Of a DNA stretch of 64,000 nucleotides, positions 38,473-45,410 are shown in pieces (the stretch's first letter is position 1; each line of letters starts with the position of its first letter). Location: the NCBI GenBank assembly GCA_963770895.1, contig CAVYRF010000002.1, forward strand, positions 3,744,001 to 3,808,000, written 5' to 3'. Made by a program: the position numbers and the translations under genes. The DNA comes from an uncultured Acidobacteriota bacterium. GTDB lineage: Bacteria > Acidobacteriota > Thermoanaerobaculia > Multivoradales > UBA5704. The notes beneath the pieces were generated by a model. That model was not told the DNA's origin and searched no databases. It saw only the letters and a program-made list of their open reading frames with translations.

Positions 38473-41202
38473 ATGATTCCGACCGCGGGGCGCCATGGCC
38501 GCCGGCTCCGGTCGCTGCTCTGGCGTCCGGGAGTCGAAGATGAGATCGCCGACGAGCTGGCGTTCCATCTTGAGATGCGGGCGCGCGACTATGCCGCGGC
38601 GGGGCATGCACCGGCCGCGGCGGCGGTGCTCGCGCGGCGCCGCTTTGGCGACCTGGAGGGGGTGCGGGCGCTCTGCCGCGCCATCGCCAGCGGCCGCGAG
38701 CGGGCGCGGCGGCGTGACCGCTGGCTGGCCGAAGCGGCGCTGGACCTGCGGCTCGCCGCCCGGCGCCTGAGCGGCTCGCCGGTGCCGACCCTGGCCGCCG
38801 TGCTGGCGCTGGCGGTGGGGCTGGCCGGCGCCGCCGTCGCCTGGCAGGTGGCGGCAGCGGTGTTTCGCCCGCTGCCCTTTGCGGCGCCGGCCGCCCTGGT
38901 GCGGGTGCGCGAGGTGAGCGGCCAGGGGGCCGACTTCGCGGTCTCCGCTGCCGACTTCGCCGTCTGGCAGCGGCGCCATCCGGGGATGCTGGGGGTTGGC
39001 GCCTATGAGGCTGGGATCGCCAACCTCGACGGCGACGCGCCGGCAGGCGTGGCGCCGCTGGCCGTGGCAACCGCCCACGCCAGCGCGTCGCTGCTGCCGC
39101 TGCTGGGCGTGCGGCCGCAGCTGGGGCGCGGCATCGCGGTGACCGAGGCGGCGCCGCACGGCAACCACCGGGTGGCGATCCTGTCGCACTCCCTGTGGGT
39201 CGGCCGCTTCGCCGCCGATCCCAACGTGGTCGGCAGGCTGGTCGGCGTGGACGGCGAGCCGGTCCGCGTGATCGGCGTCCTGCCGGCGGAGGTGCCGGCA
39301 CCGGCCGGCGCGCAGCTGTGGATGCCGCTGCTGCCGCGCCAGCTGCAGGGAGCGCGGGCGCGCCAGCGTTTCAGCCTGGAGCTGCTGGGCCGCCTGGCGC
39401 CCGGCGTGACGGCTCGGCAGGCGGCCCAGGGCCTGGTGACTGCCGCGGCGGTCGCGGCGGTGGCCGGCGGGCCGGCGGCGGGCCGGGGAAGCGGCGTCGC
39501 GGTGCGCGTCGAACCGCTTGCCGGCGCCTGGACCGGATCGCGATGGACGCGCCGGGTGCGGCTGCTGCTGGCTGCCGCCGGGCTGCTGTGGCTGCTGGGC
39601 AGCGCCGGCGCCGCCAACCTGCTGTGGGCGCGGGCGTCGGTGCGCCAACGCGAGATCGACCTGTGCGCCGCGCTCGGCGGCGGGCGCCGCCGCATGGTGC
39701 GGCAGCTGCTTGCCGAAGGCCTGCTGGTGGCGCTGCTCGGCGCCGGCGCCGGCCTGCTGCTGGCGGGCGCAGCCGTACCGGCATTGCGCGCCGCCGGCGG
39801 CGGCTTGGCGGCGGCCGGCGACGCCGGGGGAGACATCGCGCCGCTGCCGCTGCCACAGGGGCTGGGCGCGAGCGGCGTTGCGGCCGTCCTGGCGCTGGCG
39901 CTCCTGAGCGGGCTGATGTGCAGCCTGGGGCCGCTGTCGCAGGCTGTGCGGCCTGGCATTCCGGAGACGGTGCGGCAGAGCGCGCGGCTCACCACGCGCC
40001 GCGAACGGCGGGTGCGGGATGCGGTGGTGGTGATCGAGATGGCGTTGGCGACCACGCTGCTGGCGGCCGCCGGCTTGCTGTGCTTGAGCTACCTGCGGCT
40101 GGACCGCGCCGATCCGGGTTTTGACGTCGACCACCTGCTGACGCTGCGCCTGGCGCTCAACGGCGCCGGCTATCCGCCGCCGCGCCGGCGGCAGCAGCTG
40201 CTGCGGCTCGAAGCGCGCGTGCAGGCCCTGCCCCAGGTGGCGGCAGCCGGCTTCATCAGCACCGCGCCGCTCGCCGCCCAACGCCCCAACGAGCCCTTCA
40301 CCCTCGAGCCGGGCGCCGCCGGGCCGGGTGGCGGTGCCGCGGTGCTGGCGGCGGAGTGGCGCGTGGTGACGGCGGGGCTGCTGCCGGCGCTCGGCCTGCA
40401 CCTGCAGACTGGCCGATGGCTGGGAGCGGCCGACGACGACCGCAAGCCGATGGCGGCGGTTGTGGATGCGACGGTCGCCGAACGGTGGTGGCCCGGCCTG
40501 CAGCCGCTGGGCCAGCGGTTGCGGTGGGGTGCGGCGCGCCGCGACCTGCAGGTCGTCGGGGTGGTCGGCGGGGTGCGCGACCTGGACCTGGAAGCCGCGC
40601 CGCGGCCGGTGGTCTTCCTGCCCTATGGCGCCGTCCCCTGGCGCTCCATGTCGCTGGTGGTGCGGCCGCGGTCCGGCACGTCGGCGGCCGGGCTCGCGTC
40701 GCTGGACGCCGCGGTACGGCGTGAGGTCGCGGCGCTCGACCCGGCGCTGCCGGCATCTGGCGACCAGCTGCTGGAGGCTGCCCGCCGCCAGGCGGTCAGC
40801 GGTCCGCGCCTGGGGCTCTGGCTTGTGGCGTTGTACGCCGGGGCCGCGCTGGCCCTGGCAGCCGGCGGCCTGTACGCGGCGGCGGCGGCGGCGGTGGTGC
40901 GGCGCACTGCCGAGCTGGCGGTGCGGCAGGCGTTGGGCGCCGCGCGCGGCGACGTGCTGCGGCTGGTTCTGGGGCACGGCCTGCGGCTGGCCGGCGCCGG
41001 CCTGGCGCTTGGCATCGCCGGTGCGCTGCTGTTCAATCGCCTGCTGGGCGGCCTGCTGTTCGAGCCGCTGGCGGCTGGCGCCCACCTGGCGATCTACGCC
41101 GGCACGGCGGCGCTCCTGGCCGCTGTGGCAAGCCTGGCCGCCCTGCTGCCCGCGCGCCGCGCCGCAGCCGTCGCGCCGGTTCTCGCCCTGCGCCGCGAGT
41201 AG
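38473..41202 (+). CDS. ABC transporter permease, MacB/FtsX duplicated (ADOP-type), divergent
   Basis: EIADELAFHLEMR..RRRFG N-terminus, DPGFDVDHLLT, ELAVRQALGA, PARRAAAVAP. Confidence 0.85.
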   Translation: MIPTAGRHGRRLRSLLWRPGVEDEIADELAFHLEMRARDYAAAGHAPAAAAVLARRRFGDLEGVRALCRAIASGRERARRRDRWLAEAALDLRLAARRLSGSPVPTLAAVLALAVGLAGAAVAWQVAAAVFRPLPFAAPAALVRVREVSGQGADFAVSAADFAVWQRRHPGMLGVGAYEAGIANLDGDAPAGVAPLAVATAHASASLLPLLGVRPQLGRGIAVTEAAPHGNHRVAILSHSLWVGRFAADPNVVGRLVGVDGEPVRVIGVLPAEVPAPAGAQLWMPLLPRQLQGARARQRFSLELLGRLAPGVTARQAAQGLVTAAAVAAVAGGPAAGRGSGVAVRVEPLAGAWTGSRWTRRVRLLLAAAGLLWLLGSAGAANLLWARASVRQREIDLCAALGGGRRRMVRQLLAEGLLVALLGAGAGLLLAGAAVPALRAAGGGLAAAGDAGGDIAPLPLPQGLGASGVAAVLALALLSGLMCSLGPLSQAVRPGIPETVRQSARLTTRRERRVRDAVVVIEMALATTLLAAAGLLCLSYLRLDRADPGFDVDHLLTLRLALNGAGYPPPRRRQQLLRLEARVQALPQVAAAGFISTAPLAAQRPNEPFTLEPGAAGPGGGAAVLAAEWRVVTAGLLPALGLHLQTGRWLGAADDDRKPMAAVVDATVAERWWPGLQPLGQRLRWGAARRDLQVVGVVGGVRDLDLEAAPRPVVFLPYGAVPWRSMSLVVRPRSGTSAAGLASLDAAVRREVAALDPALPASGDQLLEAARRQAVSGPRLGLWLVALYAGAALALAAGGLYAAAAAAVVRRTAELAVRQALGAARGDVLRLVLGHGLRLAGAGLALGIAGALLFNRLLGGLLFEPLAAGAHLAIYAGTAALLAAVASLAALLPARRAAAVAPVLALRRE

Positions 41203-41240
41203 CGGCCATTACCTGGCGGCGCCGTTTGCCGCGGTCACCG

Positions 41241-42014
41241 TCAGTGCCGCGGCGCGTCCGCGGGAGCGTCGGCGGCCACCAGGAGGCCGAGGTGCTCGAT
41301 CAGCTCGGTCAGGAGCGCAAGGTATTCGGCCAGGTGCTCACGCACGGTGGCGTCGTCGGGGCGGCGCGCGAGCCCCCGCAGCAGGGCCATCTTTTCGAGC
41401 GCGTCGGGTTGGATGTGCAGGGCCTCGGCGGCCGTGCGCAGCAGCTCGGGGCGCGGGCAGGCCGGCGAGGCGCCGCCGGCGTGGGCCACCATTTCGACGA
41501 TCGCCAGGAGCCGTGGCAGGCCCTGGACGATGCCCGCCCACAGTTGATCGGGGGTGGCGCCACGGTCGAGGATACGATGGCGCAGGCGCAGCTCGACGCC
41601 GCGTAGCTCCTGGAGAGCGGCAAAGCGCAGGCCGGGCGGCGCGATCTGCAGCCGTTCCAGGTGCACGTCGCCGTAGAGCACGCGATGGGTGAGGCGGACC
41701 TCCAGCAGGCGGGCGGGAAACAGCTCGGCGTCGCTGCGCAGCTCGGCGGGGGTGGCGACGAACGACGCCACCTGCGACTGGCGCTGGGCGGAGGTGAGGA
41801 TCGGCGCGATCGGCAGCAGCGCCGTCAGCACCGCGTCCGCCAACACCACCAGGACGTTGGTTTCCGCCGCTCCCGAGGCGGCGCGGTTCTTGGCGGGTGT
41901 GCCGTAGACCGCCACCCCCAGCAGGTTTTCGCCGGCGGCTTCGCGCAGGCGTTCGACGAGACGGTCCAACATGCGCGCGGTGGCTTCTTCCGGCGATAAG
42001 CCCGTTTTGGGCAA
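41241..42014 (-). CDS. Nucleotidyltransferase-fold hypothetical protein (degenerate catalytic motif)
   Basis: AGGAGG RBS before TTG; GENLLGVAVYGT...ETNVLVVL, FPARLLEV....VLYG. Confidence 0.65.
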   Translation of the reverse strand: MPKTGLSPEEATARMLDRLVERLREAAGENLLGVAVYGTPAKNRAASGAAETNVLVVLADAVLTALLPIAPILTSAQRQSQVASFVATPAELRSDAELFPARLLEVRLTHRVLYGDVHLERLQIAPPGLRFAALQELRGVELRLRHRILDRGATPDQLWAGIVQGLPRLLAIVEMVAHAGGASPACPRPELLRTAAEALHIQPDALEKMALLRGLARRPDDATVREHLAEYLALLTELIEHLGLLVAADAPADAPRH

Positions 42015-42164
42015 GCTTGTGTCCTCCTGGTTTTCTAACGATGTTAGCAGTTGAGCCCGGTCGCTCTCACTTTCGGGGCCGATTCCGCGATGCCCGGTTG
42101 TCGCTCCCCATAGATAGGGTGCGCCGAGGCGGGCGATGTTCCCAGTCTGGGGTAGAGTTTGGGC

Positions 42165-42926
42165 ATGTCTGCCGCGATGGAGCCTGCTCCGACGCCGTCG
42201 TTGCTTGCCGACGGCCCCCAGGATGGTCCGGCGCTGGTGCTGGCGCACGGCGCCGGCGCGCCGATGGATTCGCCGTTCATGGCCGAGGTCGCGGCGGGGA
42301 TCGCGGCGTGCGGGGTGCGCGTCGTGCGCTTCGAGTTTCCCTACATGGCGGCGCGCCGCGATGGCGTGCGCCGCCCGCCGGATCGCGAAGCGACGCTGCT
42401 GCGCACCTGGGGCGCGGTGATCGCCGCCTTGGGCGGCGGGCCGCGTCTGTGCATCGGCGGCAAGTCGCTCGGCGGCCGCATCGCCAGCATGGTTGCCGAC
42501 CAGGCCCAGGTGCGCGGCCTGGTCTGTCTTGGCTATCCTTTTCGCCCGCCCGGCGCCGATCCGGTGGCGGGCGCGCCGCAGCTGGCGCACCGCATCGCCC
42601 ACCTGCGCGAGCTGCGCACGCCGGCGCTCTTCGTCCAGGGCACCCGCGATCCGTTCGGCGGCCGCGCCGAGGTAGCGGGCTACCCCTTGTCGAGCGCCAT
42701 CCGCATCCATTGGATGGAAGACGGCGATCACTCCTGGAAGCCGCGCCGCGCTTCGGGGCGCAGCGAAGCGGACAACCTGCAGGAAGGAATCGCCGTGGTG
42801 GCGGCGTTCGTGCTGGGCGGCGACGGTCAGGACGCGGCGCCGCGGGGAGTCGGCGGGGATGGCAGGGGTGGCGAGGACGGCAGCGGCGGCGGGAACGGCA
42901 GGGGTGGCAGCGCCGCGCGGCGGTAG
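42165..42926 (+). CDS. Alpha/beta hydrolase (Tex30/KANL3-like)
   Basis: LAHGAGAPMDS, RFEFPYM, GGKSLGGR, LGYPF, QGTRDPFG, GDHS. Confidence 0.9.
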   Translation: MSAAMEPAPTPSLLADGPQDGPALVLAHGAGAPMDSPFMAEVAAGIAACGVRVVRFEFPYMAARRDGVRRPPDREATLLRTWGAVIAALGGGPRLCIGGKSLGGRIASMVADQAQVRGLVCLGYPFRPPGADPVAGAPQLAHRIAHLRELRTPALFVQGTRDPFGGRAEVAGYPLSSAIRIHWMEDGDHSWKPRRASGRSEADNLQEGIAVVAAFVLGGDGQDAAPRGVGGDGRGGEDGSGGGNGRGGSAARR

Positions 42927-43873
42927 TCGTGCAGCCGGCCCACGTCGATGCGGACCATGCCGGCAGGGGTGGCCGGTTTGAACATGGTCGCGAAGGAGGC
43001 GCCCCAAACGACTTCGAACGCCTTGTAGGACGAGCGGGTATGGACGGTCTGCGAGAAGGTCTCGTCGAAGCCGGTGAGGATGATGAGGAACTCGGCCTCA
43101 CTTGCCGTCAGCTCTTCTTCCGAAAGCCCGTACAGAGGGCTTTCGGCGTCGATCGGGTGGACGATCGTCCACGACAGGGGAAAGAAGGTGACGCGCGGCC
43201 GTTCGAGCGCCAGCGGCAGGAACGGGCGCACGCCGCGGCCGGGCGGCGAATAGGTGAACAGCACCCGGCACTCGACGTCGATCAGCTGATTGCTGCGCGA
43301 GTTGACGATGCGGAACTCGAAGGCGGCGCCGCCTTGATAGGGTGCGATCAGCGCCTGGCGGCTGAACACGATCTTTGCCGTCGGGCGGGAGAACCGCGCG
43401 AACAGCAGGCCGGTCGCCAAGGCGAAGCCCAGCAATCCGACCAACGATTCCACCGTCACCACCACGTTGGCGGCCAGGCCGTTGGGGCTGATCTGGCCGT
43501 AGCCGATGGTGGCAAAGGTCTGGACGCTGAAGAAGAACGCGCGCAGAAATTCGGTGCCGCCCGCCTCCGCCGGCGAAGCGCCGGCCAGCGCGCCGGGGCC
43601 GCAGGCCAGGTAGGCCCCCGCGAAGCTGGCGTTGAGCACCAGGTAGGCGGTGATCACCAGCCCCAGGAATCGCGGCCACGAGGTGGTCAGCAGGTAGTGG
43701 TACAGGCTGAGCGAGCCGAGCGGCCCCAGCCCCTCGCGGCGCACGTTGAAAGTGCCGTCGCGATTGAGGAACCGCTGGCGGCTTTCGCGCGCCACGACCG
43801 ACCCGAAGCCCAGATCGCGGTCGCGATCGACCTCCCCTCCGGCGGGTTCCACCCGCGTCTCAAGGGTCGCCAT
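42827..43873 (-). CDS. Inward-rectifier potassium channel (KirBac-like)
   Basis: FFFSVQTFATIGYG filter, GLLFARFSRP, FRIVNSR, LSWTIVHPID..SPLY, HTRSSY. Confidence 0.93.
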   Translation of the reverse strand: MATLETRVEPAGGEVDRDRDLGFGSVVARESRQRFLNRDGTFNVRREGLGPLGSLSLYHYLLTTSWPRFLGLVITAYLVLNASFAGAYLACGPGALAGASPAEAGGTEFLRAFFFSVQTFATIGYGQISPNGLAANVVVTVESLVGLLGFALATGLLFARFSRPTAKIVFSRQALIAPYQGGAAFEFRIVNSRSNQLIDVECRVLFTYSPPGRGVRPFLPLALERPRVTFFPLSWTIVHPIDAESPLYGLSEEELTASEAEFLIILTGFDETFSQTVHTRSSYKAFEVVWGASFATMFKPATPAGMVRIDVGRLHDYRRAALPPLPFPPPLPSSPPLPSPPTPRGAAS

Positions 43874-43937
43874 GGCCGGCGAGTCTAACGCGTTTCGCGC
43901 CGGTGCTCCGCAGGCTCCCGGCGGCGCCGGCGCCGGC

Positions 43938-45410
43938 GTGCCCGAGGTGCTGGCGCGGCCGTTGCGCGCCAGTCCCCTGTACCAGCTGGTGCTGCACGAT
44001 CGCCTGCCGGCCGCCGCGCGCGCATGGCTGGCCGGGGCGGCGCGCGATCCCGATCACTACGGCGTGCTGCGGCCGCGCGGCGTGGCGGCGAGCGGCGCCG
44101 GTGGCGGCGGCGGCGCCGATGCCGATGCCGATGCCGGGGCTGGCAGTGGCATGAAGCTGGTGGATCGCGACACCGCCCTGCTCTTTCTCACGCTGGAGAG
44201 GCCGGGGCCGCTGCCTGGCTATGTCCGGTCGCGCCTGGGTGACGGCGGCGCCGCGGCGGTGGCGGCGCGGCTGGTGGCGGATGGCGTGATCGAGATCGAG
44301 CGCGAGGCCGGGGTTTTTGTGTCAGGCGCCGCGGCGATGGCGCTGCTGCGCACGGCGGGCGGCGCCGGTGGCGCCGGGCCGGTAGAGGAGGGGCGCATCG
44401 CCGCCGCTGCTGGCATGGCCGCCATCGCCGAGCTGTCGCGCACCGCGCTGCGCCGCGGCCAGCAGCTGGTGAGCGCCGACGGCGCCGTGGGCGCGGGGCG
44501 GCTGGCGCATTTCCTGTACACCTATCATCGCCTGCCGCTCACGCCGGGATGGCAGCGCCGGCTCGCGACCGCCGATGCGGTGCGGCAGTTCCTGGGGATC
44601 GGTCCTGGGGGAGTGCGGCGCGGCCTGCTCGACCGGCACTGGCAGGAGGTGCCGGCCAGCCCGGCCGGAGCGGCGGATGCGGCCGCGGCTCCGGGATCGC
44701 CAGGACCGCCATGGCTGCGATGGTACCCGCGCCGGGCGGCGGCGGCGGCGGCCGTCGACGCGACGCCGCATGCGTACAAGCTCTATGTCAGCGTTGCGCC
44801 CGACGCCATGCCCGATGTGTTCGGCGCGATCCTGGCCGGCCTGGCGGCGGCGGGTGCGCCCGGTTTCAAGGTGGGCGCCAGCGCCTCCGGGCTATTGCGG
44901 CCGGACAAGGCCGTCGCCTATTTCCCGCGTTTCGACGACCTGGCCGCGGCGGCGCACATCCTGGCCGGGCACCTGGACGGCGCCGCCGTGCACGGGGTCC
45001 CCTTCACCGCCGAGATCGCCGGCGGCGGCGTGCTGTCGTGGGGCGTCGATCCGCCCCCATGGGCCGGCGGCACGGCGCAGTGGGCGGGCCGCGGCAGCTG
45101 GCGTCAGTGGCTCACCCAGCGGCTGGCCGAAGCCATGCTCGCCGCGCTGGGTTGTAACGCCGGCGTCGTTGCCGAGCCGCCTCCGCCGCCGGCGCGGCCG
45201 GACTCGGTGCTCGCGCGGACACCGGTTGTCGAGGTGGCCGCGACGTCGCAGGCCGCGCAGCTGTCGCAGCTGTCGGAGCCGTCGCGGCCGGTTGCGATGG
45301 AAGGCTGGGAATTTGCGGTCGAGCGGCTGCGGCTGGAGGGCATCGACCCCGCCACGTGGGCGCCGGGAGCGCTGCTGTGGCGCCGGCCGGAGGAGGCGCG
45401 GGGCCGGTGA
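43938..45410 (+). CDS. Putative stand-alone phosphoSer/Thr lyase (HopA1-like) of a lanthipeptide pathway; start uncertain (43872 ATG or 43938 GTG)
   Basis: YKLYVSV...GFKVG...LLRPDKAVAYF...GVPFTA...LSWGVDP...SWRQWL; stop overlaps start of kinase-LanC gene. Confidence 0.65.
   Translation: MPEVLARPLRASPLYQLVLHDRLPAAARAWLAGAARDPDHYGVLRPRGVAASGAGGGGGADADADAGAGSGMKLVDRDTALLFLTLERPGPLPGYVRSRLGDGGAAAVAARLVADGVIEIEREAGVFVSGAAAMALLRTAGGAGGAGPVEEGRIAAAAGMAAIAELSRTALRRGQQLVSADGAVGAGRLAHFLYTYHRLPLTPGWQRRLATADAVRQFLGIGPGGVRRGLLDRHWQEVPASPAGAADAAAAPGSPGPPWLRWYPRRAAAAAAVDATPHAYKLYVSVAPDAMPDVFGAILAGLAAAGAPGFKVGASASGLLRPDKAVAYFPRFDDLAAAAHILAGHLDGAAVHGVPFTAEIAGGGVLSWGVDPPPWAGGTAQWAGRGSWRQWLTQRLAEAMLAALGCNAGVVAEPPPPPARPDSVLARTPVVEVAATSQAAQLSQLSEPSRPVAMEGWEFAVERLRLEGIDPATWAPGALLWRRPEEARGR

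Noticed and set aside
41241-42014. Active nucleotidyltransferase toxin or defence gene
   Set aside because: The GS..DxD motif is degenerate (GT..ETN) and there is no partner gene, so a function cannot be supported
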